A stretch of 64,000 nucleotides of DNA from Candidatus Enterousia sp. (GTDB lineage Bacteria; Pseudomonadota; Alphaproteobacteria; Rs-D84): the NCBI GenBank assembly GCA_045646625.1, contig JAZRLB010000002.1, positions 4,544 through 68,543 of the forward strand, given 5' to 3'. This document shows, piece by piece, positions 9,101 to 17,260 of the stretch (positions are counted from its first letter, which is position 1; each line of letters opens with the position of its first letter). The notes under the pieces were generated by a model that saw nothing but the letters and a program-made list of their open reading frames with translations, was not told the origin of the DNA and ran no database searches. The translations under genes and the position numbers were made by a program.

Positions 9101-10717
9101 ATGGTAAATAAATCAAATGTTGCAACCTGGGTAATTTCACGTATGCTGATGTTGGCGGGTGTTGTGACGTTGGCGGCGTGTGTACGTTCTGGCGCAGATG
9201 TGACTGAATATACGGGGGTGGTTGCAACGCCGACCGTTGATTATGTAGAAGCGCTGGATGTTTATTCCGCACCGCACAAGGATTCTTTTTTAAATCAGTT
9301 GGCGATGAATTATCGTTCGTATGCGATTTATAATGCACGCACCAGTGGGTATTCTGAAATGGGTGAATTGTTCGCAAACAAGGCGGTTGCGGCATTCAGT
9401 GGTGAAGTGCCATTCCCAGAATCATTAGAAAATTGGCCTGTGGAAAACGAACAGGAATCTTTTGAATTGTACACGGCATATAATGATTTAATGGATCAGC
9501 TGAAAAATGATGTGACGTATTCGAATCCAAAACTGGCGGCCGAGGCTCAGGCTAAGTTTGATTGTTGGTTGTCGGCCGCGGCTAGTGGTCAGACAGCGAC
9601 CGCAAATCAATGTCGTGACAGATTTAACAAGGCGTTGGTCGCGTTGCGTGATTGCCATGGTGGGCGCGTTCTAGAAAAAGCGGCACCGGTTGCCGTTGCC
9701 CAGGAAACGACCGTTGTTGAAACGACAGCCCAGCGTGCGGCAGGTCAATATTATCCAGATACACGTAATATGCAGTCTGTGCGTGGTGCAGGTTCGGTGC
9801 GTGAAGGTGTGATTATTGTGAATAATGTTAATGTGCCAGAACATTTGATTAATCCTGTTCCGGTTCAGCCGATGGTGTTTAACCAGAATATTTATGGTGG
9901 CGATAAGTCTTTTTCAAAAAGTGAAAGCGATAACAGTGTGAACAACAGTGGTAATCGTCTGGTGGCTGCTGATTGTCCAAATAGTCAAACGGATTGTGCC
10001 GCGGCCCCAACAGTTGCGGTTGTTGTGACCGAAAAAGAACAGCCACAGCCAACATGTCCGGCCTGTGCGGAATGCCCGACCTGTGCGGAATGTCAGCAGT
10101 GCCCGGAACCAGAACAGATTCCAATGATTGGTGAAGAGTTGGTTTCGCGTGAAGAATTTATTAATATGATGATGGCTATGCGTGCGGAATTGGCAGCGAT
10201 TAATTCACGTTTGGATCAAATTCAGGCGACCCAGGGTGAAAAGACTATGATTAAGGTTCAACAGATTCCGCTGGAACCGACTCAGCATGTTATGGAAGAG
10301 GTCTTTGAAATCAGATTTGATTTGAACAAGGCGACTATTAAGCCGGAATATCAAGATTTGATTAAGCAGTTGGTTGATGCGACCCAGGAAAATAAAAATA
10401 TCAAGATTTCTGTGGTCGGGCATACGGATACGTCTGGAAATCAGAATTATAACTATGCCCTGGGTGGGCGTCGTGCCGAAGCAGTTCAAAAATTGCTGAT
10501 TAAATACGGTATTCCGGCCAGTCAGATAGTTGCGGTATCCGCGGGCGAGCAGGATTTAGCTGTTCCAACACCGGATAACACACCGAATGCGGAAAATCGT
10601 CGTGTTCGTGTTGTCAAAGAAGTTCACTATACAGAGCAGCCTAAGCCAGTGCCAATGGCGATAGAGGTTGAAGAATATTCGGCGGGCGCGTGTGGTGAAT
10701 ATGGGTGCGAACAGTAA
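9101..10717 (+). CDS. OmpA-family lipoprotein (large Pal/OmpA C-terminal domain protein)
   Basis: Lipobox VVTLAAC. The C-terminal OmpA domain reads FDLNKATIKPEYQDLIKQLV...VVGHTDTSGNQNYNYALGGRRAEAV...NRRVRVV. An RBS (aaggaagga) lies upstream of the ATG at 9101. Confidence 0.85.
   Translation: MVNKSNVATWVISRMLMLAGVVTLAACVRSGADVTEYTGVVATPTVDYVEALDVYSAPHKDSFLNQLAMNYRSYAIYNARTSGYSEMGELFANKAVAAFSGEVPFPESLENWPVENEQESFELYTAYNDLMDQLKNDVTYSNPKLAAEAQAKFDCWLSAAASGQTATANQCRDRFNKALVALRDCHGGRVLEKAAPVAVAQETTVVETTAQRAAGQYYPDTRNMQSVRGAGSVREGVIIVNNVNVPEHLINPVPVQPMVFNQNIYGGDKSFSKSESDNSVNNSGNRLVAADCPNSQTDCAAAPTVAVVVTEKEQPQPTCPACAECPTCAECQQCPEPEQIPMIGEELVSREEFINMMMAMRAELAAINSRLDQIQATQGEKTMIKVQQIPLEPTQHVMEEVFEIRFDLNKATIKPEYQDLIKQLVDATQENKNIKISVVGHTDTSGNQNYNYALGGRRAEAVQKLLIKYGIPASQIVAVSAGEQDLAVPTPDNTPNAENRRVRVVKEVHYTEQPKPVPMAIEVEEYSAGACGEYGCEQ
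10059..10094 (+). repeat. Two tandem 18-nt units encoding CP(A/T)CAEC inside the OmpA-family gene
   Basis: ccggcctgtgcggaatgc / ccgacctgtgcggaatgt, giving TCPACAECPTCAECQQCP. Confidence 0.8.
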
Positions 10718-10737
10718 TATATAGCCTACAAAAATAC

Positions 10738-10766
10738 TTGACAAAAAGTTTTTTGTAGTGTATGTT
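10738..10766 (+). promoter_or_regulatory. Sigma70-like promoter for the small ORF
   Basis: TTGACA (10738-43), a 17-nt spacer, then TG-TATGTT (10761-66). Confidence 0.45.
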
Positions 10767-10808
10767 GGCTGGCGTCAGAGAGATGTTTTTGGATAAGAGG
10801 CATTTGAA

Positions 10809-10955
10809 ATGACTGATATAGTAAAAAAGTTTAACATTGCGGCACAGAACCTGAGACAGGGCAGAAATGTTGGTGCAAAAGTTGATATTATGCGGGAGTT
10901 CCGTTTGCGCGATGTTGTGCTGGGGGCGCCTGAAAATAACGGCAATGGAATGTAA
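10809..10955 (+). CDS. Small hydrophilic protein (48 aa), unknown function
   Basis: Hand translation gives MTDIVKKFNIAAQNLRQGRNVGAKVDIMREFRLRDVVLGAPENNGNGM. An aagagg RBS lies about 8 nt upstream, a near-consensus promoter precedes it and a strong terminator follows. It is below the track's length cutoff. Confidence 0.45.
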   Translation: MTDIVKKFNIAAQNLRQGRNVGAKVDIMREFRLRDVVLGAPENNGNGM

Positions 10956-10963
10956 TTTTGATA

Positions 10964-10995
10964 CAAGGCCCGCATTTGCGGGTCTTGTCTTTTTT
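10964..10995 (+). terminator. Rho-independent terminator
   Basis: caaggcccgc-attt-gcgggtcttg, a 10-bp stem, followed by tcttttttc. Confidence 0.75.
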
Positions 10996-11271
10996 CTTGG
11001 GAACGTTATACTGCATGTAGGATGATTTGGGGTGCTGTCAAATTGTATGAAAAGTTGATTGGGTAATTATTTTGCCGCCAAGATTGCTAGTTTTTATTTA
11101 TCTTTTTGCCGTGGGGTAAGTACGGGAACTTTGCCCTGTGTATTCTTATTTTGTTTACTGAATTGTTGTGGTTGTTTTTCTTTCTTGGGTGTTGAAAAAA
11201 TTTGTCGTAAAACTTGAAAATCTGTGATTTTGTGCTAAGTTCCCAATAGGATAAAAACATAAGAGTAAAAA

Positions 11272-11616
11272 ATGTCTTTTACACAGGAAAACAAGACGAA
11301 TATCAGCATTTGCGATGGGTGCGAAAAGCGGTGCAAGTTAGGGTATTACGAAGAAACAGAACAAGAGGCAAAAGCCAAAACAACAAGTGCAAGAAGATTA
11401 GTACCAACTCTGCCGGTTAACAGATTTGTCTGGCCTACTATTGACGGTAAGGAAATAATCAGTTTTTTTGATAAATATGGCGAACCACAACAATGCGTTT
11501 TTCATTCAGAGTTTTTACACCTGCCTGATCCACTTAAAGTAAGAGAGTACAAACGAAAGATTTTAGACAAAGCATACGAAATTGCCAAACTGTGCGACCA
11601 CTATAAAACACGATAA
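11272..11616 (+). CDS. Hypothetical protein (114 aa, Cys-containing, AT-rich gene)
   Basis: Track ORF starting MSFTQENKTNISICDGCEKRCKL... I recognise no family. The composition is more AT-rich than the neighbours. Confidence 0.5.
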   Translation: MSFTQENKTNISICDGCEKRCKLGYYEETEQEAKAKTTSARRLVPTLPVNRFVWPTIDGKEIISFFDKYGEPQQCVFHSEFLHLPDPLKVREYKRKILDKAYEIAKLCDHYKTR

Positions 11617-11635
11617 AAAACCAAGGGGTAATTTA

Positions 11636-11833
11636 ATGAATTCTAAATGTATCTGTGAACCAAATCTGGAATGCTCTGCAAAAGAACGCTTTGATGAACT
11701 ATATCGCCAAATGCAAGAAAACATACGTCTGGGTAAACAGATGATATTCCTGACCAGCAGCAAATGTGCTGTCAACCAAGCTGATTGCATAAAATTAAAG
11801 CTGTTTCGTGAACAAATGCAAAATCAAAAATAA
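11636..11833 (+). CDS. Hypothetical small protein (65 aa)
   Basis: The start was set at the ATG at 11636 (MNSKCICEPNLECS...), preceded by an aagggg RBS. A terminator-like hairpin (cgcccaaatcgggcg + T-run) lies near 11860-11880. Confidence 0.45.
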   Translation: MNSKCICEPNLECSAKERFDELYRQMQENIRLGKQMIFLTSSKCAVNQADCIKLKLFREQMQNQK

Positions 11834-11900
11834 CGATAGAAACAACAAAACAAACATACCGCCCAAATCGGGCGTTTTTATGTGTTTTTATGGAGTGGGT

Positions 11901-11928
11901 AATAAAAATCCCCCAGATGGGGGATTGA
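11901..11928 (-). terminator. Rho-independent terminator of rpsU
   Basis: Minus strand: aatccccc-atct-gggggatt followed by tttatt. Confidence 0.65.
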
Positions 11929-11932
11929 TTCA

Positions 11933-12139
11933 TTAGAATCCGAAAACCATACGCTGTTTCGATTGACGTTTCTTTTCGTTGCGAACGGCTTCTTCTTTTA
12001 AACGTTTGCGTTTTGTGGTTGGTTTTTCATAACGCTGACGTTCTTTCATTTCGCGGTACAGACCTTCTTTCTGAGATTTGCGTTTCGCAACGCGCAGTGC
12101 CTGTTCTACGTTGTTATCGCGAACCAGAACTTTTACCAT
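11933..12139 (-). CDS. rpsU: 30S ribosomal protein S21
   Basis: [46 protein letters not shown]... Confidence 0.95.
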   Translation of the reverse strand: MVKVLVRDNNVEQALRVAKRKSQKEGLYREMKERQRYEKPTTKRKRLKEEAVRNEKKRQSKQRMVFGF

Positions 12140-12216
12140 ATGTATTCACCCCCTTTGACGCATTTTTATAGGTTGTTTTACTTAAAAAGGGGATTTTCAT
12201 CCCCCTTTACTTGTTT

Positions 12217-12292
12217 TGGTGGAGCCAATCAGACTCGAACTGACGACCCCCTGCTTGCAAAGCAGGTGCTCTACCAACTGAGCTATGACCCC
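12217..12292 (-). tRNA. tRNA-Ala (anticodon UGC)
   Basis: GGGGTCATAGCTCAGTTGGTAGAGCACCTGCTTTGCAAGCAGG...TCGAGTCTGATTGGCTCCACCA. The G3:U70 pair is present and the anticodon loop is TTTGCAA. Confidence 0.9.
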
Positions 12293-12427
12293 AAAACTTT
12301 GCACTTTCATATGAAAGCGAATGGATTTTATACTTTTTTTAATTCTATGTCAACAGAAAAGTGATTTTTTAGCAAATTATCTTTTGCACTAGACTTGTTT
12401 CATATTGTCACGTATAATGTGTGAGCT

Positions 12428-14248
12428 ATGTTTAAGAAAATATCAAATAAAGTAAAGGCCTTTGTAAAAGGCGATGAGTCAAACGGTCGTATCAAATGGT
12501 CCCTGTATGGGCGCGTATGGCGTGAAGTAGGGCGGCCGTATTGGAAATGGTTGTTGGCGGGTATTATATTTACAATCCTGGCCGCAGCAGCAGAAGCGTA
12601 CACAATCACCATTGTGCAACAGGTGGTGGACAAGGCGTTTATTGAAAAAAGTATAAACGCAGTCTATTGGCTGGGGGTGCAGGTTATCGTAGCGTTTGGC
12701 GCCAAAGGTACATTTACATATGCCAAGGCGCTGATTATGTCCAAGGGTGGTTTGTTGGCCAGTGCAAATCTGCAGAAAAAAATATACAAGCATATGATGC
12801 ATATGAATCTGGCGCGTTTCTATTCAGATGGAATTGGTAAAAATCTGAACTATTTCGGCGTCCAGTCAGGGGCGGTTCTGAATTTGGTGACTGGGACCGT
12901 TATTAGTCTTGTTCAGAATGTTGCAACGCTGGTAATGACGCTGGCGTTGATGTTCTATTATGCGCATCAGATGTGTATTGTTTTGATGTTCTTGGCACCT
13001 GCAATTATGATTCCAATGGTTATCATTATGCGCAAGCGTCGCAAGTTGTCGCGTCAATCGTTCGGTATCGCAAATAATGTTTCACAACAATTGAATCAAA
13101 GTTTGCACGGAATCAAGACCATTCAGGCATTTGCTGCCGAAGAACGGGAAGAAAAAAACTTTGCACGTGTGCTGAACAGTTCTATGGTTAATGCTTATAA
13201 AAGTACCCAGGCAAATGCGCTGCGGTCGCCATTGATGGAATTTATGATTTCAATTGGTTTGTGTATCGCGATGATTATGGGGGGGCACTTTATTGCCAGT
13301 GGTGCAATTACAACTGGTGATTTTACGGCATTCTTGTTGGCATTGACGGCGGCATATAAGCCTGCTAAGTCAATTACAGGTACAGGTGATACATTGCAGC
13401 ATGGGTTGTTGGCGGCGGAAATTCTGTTCGCGTTTTTGGACAGCAAACCAGATATTCAGGATGCGCCAGATGCGCGTGATTTGACATCCAAGAATTTGTC
13501 TGTTGGATTCCATAATGTGTCTTTTGCGTATAATCCATCAGAACCTGTGCTGAAAAATATAAATCTGAATGTGCCGGCGGGTAGGGTTTGCGCGCTGGTT
13601 GGACCATCTGGTGGTGGTAAGACGACAACATTCAACTTGTTGGAACGTTTCTATGAACCACAGGTTGGTAAAATTACCATTAATAAAAAAGATATTAAAA
13701 AGTATACGCTGAAATCTTTGCGTGATAGTATTGCTGAGGTGTCTCAGTCGGTGTTCTTGTTCAAGGGTTCTATCGAAGATAATATCAAGTATGGACGTCC
13801 AGACGCAACGCACGAACAGGTTGTCGCAGCAGCGATTGCAGCGAATGCAGATGGATTCATAAATGAATTCCCAGATGGATACAATTCGCCCGTTGGTGAA
13901 GGTGGGGGACTGTTGTCTGGTGGACAAAAGCAACGAATCGCTATTGCGCGTGCAATATTGAAGGATGCACCAATTTTGCTGTTGGATGAGGCGACGTCTG
14001 CGCTGGATACACAAAGTGAAAAATTAATTCAGGCGGCGTTAAAGGATTTGATGCAAGGACGTACGACATTTGTTATAGCGCATCGTTTGTCCACTATTTT
14101 GGATGCAGATATTATCTGTGTAATCAAAGATGGTGAAATTGTTGAAATGGGGACCGATGAAGAACTGTGTGCTTTGGACGGGGAATATAAGAAGCTGCGT
14201 GATATTCAATTTAAGACAGATTCAAAAAAGAATAAAAAAGGTAAGTAA
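12428..14248 (+). CDS. ABC transporter, fused permease/ATPase (MsbA/lipid-exporter-like)
   Basis: Six-TM N-terminal domain. Walker A GPSGGGKTT, signature LSGGQKQRIAIARA, Walker B ILLLDEATSALD, and FVIAHRLSTI. Confidence 0.9.
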   Translation: MFKKISNKVKAFVKGDESNGRIKWSLYGRVWREVGRPYWKWLLAGIIFTILAAAAEAYTITIVQQVVDKAFIEKSINAVYWLGVQVIVAFGAKGTFTYAKALIMSKGGLLASANLQKKIYKHMMHMNLARFYSDGIGKNLNYFGVQSGAVLNLVTGTVISLVQNVATLVMTLALMFYYAHQMCIVLMFLAPAIMIPMVIIMRKRRKLSRQSFGIANNVSQQLNQSLHGIKTIQAFAAEEREEKNFARVLNSSMVNAYKSTQANALRSPLMEFMISIGLCIAMIMGGHFIASGAITTGDFTAFLLALTAAYKPAKSITGTGDTLQHGLLAAEILFAFLDSKPDIQDAPDARDLTSKNLSVGFHNVSFAYNPSEPVLKNINLNVPAGRVCALVGPSGGGKTTTFNLLERFYEPQVGKITINKKDIKKYTLKSLRDSIAEVSQSVFLFKGSIEDNIKYGRPDATHEQVVAAAIAANADGFINEFPDGYNSPVGEGGGLLSGGQKQRIAIARAILKDAPILLLDEATSALDTQSEKLIQAALKDLMQGRTTFVIAHRLSTILDADIICVIKDGEIVEMGTDEELCALDGEYKKLRDIQFKTDSKKNKKGK

Positions 14249-15207
14249 TGTTGAATGAAGAGACTTTGCCACTGCTGAATGTGCAAGACGCCAAGGGTAA
14301 ATGGGAATTGTACTGGCAGGATAAGTCAGGTAATCTGGTAAGAATTGGCGAGGTGGGGCTTTCAAAGCAACCGTTTCAGGTTGTGGCGTTGTATAAAGAT
14401 TTGTCTTTTGCGGCGATTCAGAAAAATGGAAATACGCGTAATGATAAAGACTTTCGTTTGTTTTTAATAAATTTGAAAAATGGTTCGTTGGTAATTGGTG
14501 ATAGGTTTGGGCTGGCACAAATTACACATCATAAAAAGACAAGGATGCTGTACTGTGTACCGTATTATGGGTATGCCAAGATTGCACAGACCTATGTATG
14601 GGCGGTCTCGGATATTGCGCCGGCTTATATGGCCTTGAATGTGCCGATGTGGTCCAAAGGAAATGTGTCTGTTGTTAATTCAAAGCGTTTGTTGCCGCCT
14701 GTGGCAACTGTTAAGTCCAGGGCAAAAACAGATTGTGCAAAATCAATAAAGGTAAAACCAGGGCCTAAGCGTGGGCGTCGAAAGGCTGCCGTTAAAAGGC
14801 CTATGATTGCAGCAGCAAAAAAACAAGAAAAGCGGGTTCGATTGCAAAACGTCTCGTTAACGCCTGTTGGGGCAGTGTATGATGTTTATTTGAACGATAA
14901 GCGTGTAATGGGGCAGTGTCTGGGGGTGCGTGCAAAAACATTTATGGATGATCGTATTTTGGCGGTGGCATTTATGCAACCCACCACGTTAAAGGAAACT
15001 TATAAGATATTTATGCCGGATGGTGGCGTGTGGATGTCTGGGCAACGTCAGCGTTTCAGTGGATTGCCTGTTGTGGTCCAAGGTGTCGCGGAAAAGAATG
15101 GTGATTTACAATTACAGTTATCGAATAATTCGGTGCAGGTTATTCGTGCAGGAGATTTGGCGCGCTTTGCACCAATGCAATTCGTGCTGGACGAACAACA
15201 AAGATAG
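14248..15207 (+). CDS. Hypothetical protein with central basic (AT-hook-like) linker
   Basis: The ATG overlaps the ABC-transporter stop (TAATG). The central segment reads KVKPGPKRGRRKAAVKRPMIAAAKKQEKR. I recognise no family. Confidence 0.6.
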   Translation: MLNEETLPLLNVQDAKGKWELYWQDKSGNLVRIGEVGLSKQPFQVVALYKDLSFAAIQKNGNTRNDKDFRLFLINLKNGSLVIGDRFGLAQITHHKKTRMLYCVPYYGYAKIAQTYVWAVSDIAPAYMALNVPMWSKGNVSVVNSKRLLPPVATVKSRAKTDCAKSIKVKPGPKRGRRKAAVKRPMIAAAKKQEKRVRLQNVSLTPVGAVYDVYLNDKRVMGQCLGVRAKTFMDDRILAVAFMQPTTLKETYKIFMPDGGVWMSGQRQRFSGLPVVVQGVAEKNGDLQLQLSNNSVQVIRAGDLARFAPMQFVLDEQQR

Positions 15208-15221
15208 AAAAAGGAGAAGAT

Positions 15222-16460
15222 ATGAAAATAAAACCGTTTGCAGGCGTCAGACCGCCAAAGGAACTGGCAGCCGAAGTGGCGTCTCGTCCATATGATGTGC
15301 TGAATTCTGTTGAAGCCAAGGCAGAGGCAGGTGAAAAGTCTTTGTTGCATATTATTAAACCTGAAATTGATTTTGAACCAATTGCAGATGAACATTCGGG
15401 ACCTGTTTATGATAAAGCAGTTGAAAACTTTAAACTGTGGCAGGAGCGCGGTTGGCTGGTTCAAGACGATATGGAAATGTATTATGTCTATGCCCAGACA
15501 ATGGATGGGCGTACGCAATATGGGTTGGTTGCGGCTGCAAATGTTGATGATTATATGTCGGGTAAGATTAAAAAGCACGAACTGACCCGTAAGGATAAAG
15601 AAGAAGATCGTATGATTCATGTGCGCATTCAAAATGCAAATATTGAACCTGTGTTTTTTGCGTATCCAGACGTAGATGAAATGAATCAGATTGTTGAAAA
15701 TATTGTGAAAAATCAGGCGCCTGAATATGACTTTGTTGCCGAAGATGGTTTTGGACATACGTTTTGGGCAATTCGTGATGCCGCGGTAAATGCGCGTATT
15801 ACAGAAATTTTTGAACAGATTCCTGCATTATATGTGGCGGATGGCCATCATCGTACGGCTGCGGCTGCGCTGGTGGGGGCTGAAAAACGTGCGGCAAACC
15901 CAAATCATACGGGAAATGAAGAGTATAATTATTTCTTGGCGGTGATTTTCCCAGAAAGTCAATTAAAGATTATAGACTATAACCGTGTTGTAAAAGATTT
16001 GAATGGTTTAAGTGCAGAAGAGTTTTTGGCCAAATTGGATGAAAGTTTTGATGTGGTTGAAATGGGGACAGATATTTATAAACCAAATGCACTGCATAAT
16101 TTTGGTATGTATTTGGATGGTAAATGGTATTCTTTGACGGCCAAAGTGGGAACATATGATGATAATGATCCGATTGGTGTTTTAGATGTGACCGTATTGT
16201 CAAACCTGGTGTTTGATAAGATTTTGAATCTGGGGGATTTGCGTACATCAAAACGGATTGACTTTGTCGGCGGAATTCGTGGATTGGGTGAATTGCAAAA
16301 ACGCGTGGACAGTGGTGAAATGGTTGCAGCATTTGCCCTGTATCCAGTGACTATGCGCCAGATTATTGATATTGCGGATACTGGTAATATTATGCCACCA
16401 AAGACAACCTGGTTCGAGCCAAAGTTGCGCAGTGGTTTGGTAATACATAAGTTGTCTTAA
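15222..16460 (+). CDS. DUF1015 family protein
   Basis: MKIKPFAGVRPPKELAAEVASRPYDV...HIIKPE...YVADGHHRTAAAA...IMPPKTTWFEPKLRSGLVIH, which is typical of DUF1015. Confidence 0.8.
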   Translation: MKIKPFAGVRPPKELAAEVASRPYDVLNSVEAKAEAGEKSLLHIIKPEIDFEPIADEHSGPVYDKAVENFKLWQERGWLVQDDMEMYYVYAQTMDGRTQYGLVAAANVDDYMSGKIKKHELTRKDKEEDRMIHVRIQNANIEPVFFAYPDVDEMNQIVENIVKNQAPEYDFVAEDGFGHTFWAIRDAAVNARITEIFEQIPALYVADGHHRTAAAALVGAEKRAANPNHTGNEEYNYFLAVIFPESQLKIIDYNRVVKDLNGLSAEEFLAKLDESFDVVEMGTDIYKPNALHNFGMYLDGKWYSLTAKVGTYDDNDPIGVLDVTVLSNLVFDKILNLGDLRTSKRIDFVGGIRGLGELQKRVDSGEMVAAFALYPVTMRQIIDIADTGNIMPPKTTWFEPKLRSGLVIHKLS

Positions 16461-16490
16461 AAAAATCGCCCAAACGGGCGATTTTTTATT
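16461..16490. terminator. Bidirectional rho-independent terminator
   Basis: aaaaaatcgccc-aaac-gggcgatttttt between convergent genes. Confidence 0.7.
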
Positions 16491-17208
16491 TTAATTTTTT
16501 TGTCCATTCGTTATCAGGAAAGTTTTGTTTAAGCATTTCGCTATATCCATATGCCTGATCGGGCAGGCCGATGGCGGTATACGCCTCGGTCAGTCTGAAT
16601 AGTGCTTCGGGGGTCATAACGGTTTCTTGGGCGTCGCGAATAACCGTTTGTAATTGGCTTATTGCGCTGGGCCAATTTTCGGTGCGCATATCATTGCGGG
16701 CGGAATACATAACTTTGCCTGCAATATAGTTTTTCAGGATAATAATCTTGTTTTCGGCATTTTTTGCGTATTCTGTATTTGGAAAACGTTGGACCAGTGT
16801 TTGAAACTGTGTCAATGCGTACGCGGACATACCTGGTTCGCGGCGAACATCGCTGACCTGGCGATAATAACACATGCCGCGCAGGTACATTACGTATGGA
16901 ACATCCTGGTGGCCGGGATGAAACCGCATAAAGCGGTCAGTTGCCAACAGGGCACCCGCAAAATCGTCGTCCATATAGTGGGAATAGGCCGCCATTATTA
17001 ATGCGTCTGGGGCCCAAGAACTGGCCGGATGTTGGGTTTCAGCGCGCAGGAATTCCAATGCCGCTTCTTCGTAATTTTCATCGTTGAATTCTGTATAGGC
17101 GTTTGCATAGATTTCAGGTAAAGGTTGGTCTGCGATGACTTTGTCGTCCGAGCCAGCGCACCCCGTCAATATTGCCAATATGCCCAATAATGCGATTTGT
17201 TTTTTCAT
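16486..17208 (-). CDS. bamD: Outer membrane protein assembly factor BamD (YfiO)
   Basis: Lipobox LTGCAG, followed by TPR-like repeats: YANAYTEFNDENYEEAALEF...YVMYLRGMCYY...YAKNAENKIIILKNYIA. Confidence 0.85.
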   Translation of the reverse strand: MKKQIALLGILAILTGCAGSDDKVIADQPLPEIYANAYTEFNDENYEEAALEFLRAETQHPASSWAPDALIMAAYSHYMDDDFAGALLATDRFMRFHPGHQDVPYVMYLRGMCYYRQVSDVRREPGMSAYALTQFQTLVQRFPNTEYAKNAENKIIILKNYIAGKVMYSARNDMRTENWPSAISQLQTVIRDAQETVMTPEALFRLTEAYTAIGLPDQAYGYSEMLKQNFPDNEWTKKLK

Positions 17209-17260
17209 ATATTTATTCCTGTCTTGATTTTAGTTCGATATTGGCAGTATAATTGAATCT

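Noticed and set aside
12140-12364. 74-aa ORF overlapping tRNA-Ala(UGC); similar ORFs at 25205..25627 overlap three tRNA genes
   Set aside because: These sequences fold into canonical tRNAs, so the ORFs are incidental.
15048-15758. 236-aa minus-strand ORF
   Set aside because: It is antisense to the DUF1015 gene and the end of the preceding gene. Its translation is Ile/Phe/Asn-rich nonsense with no motifs.
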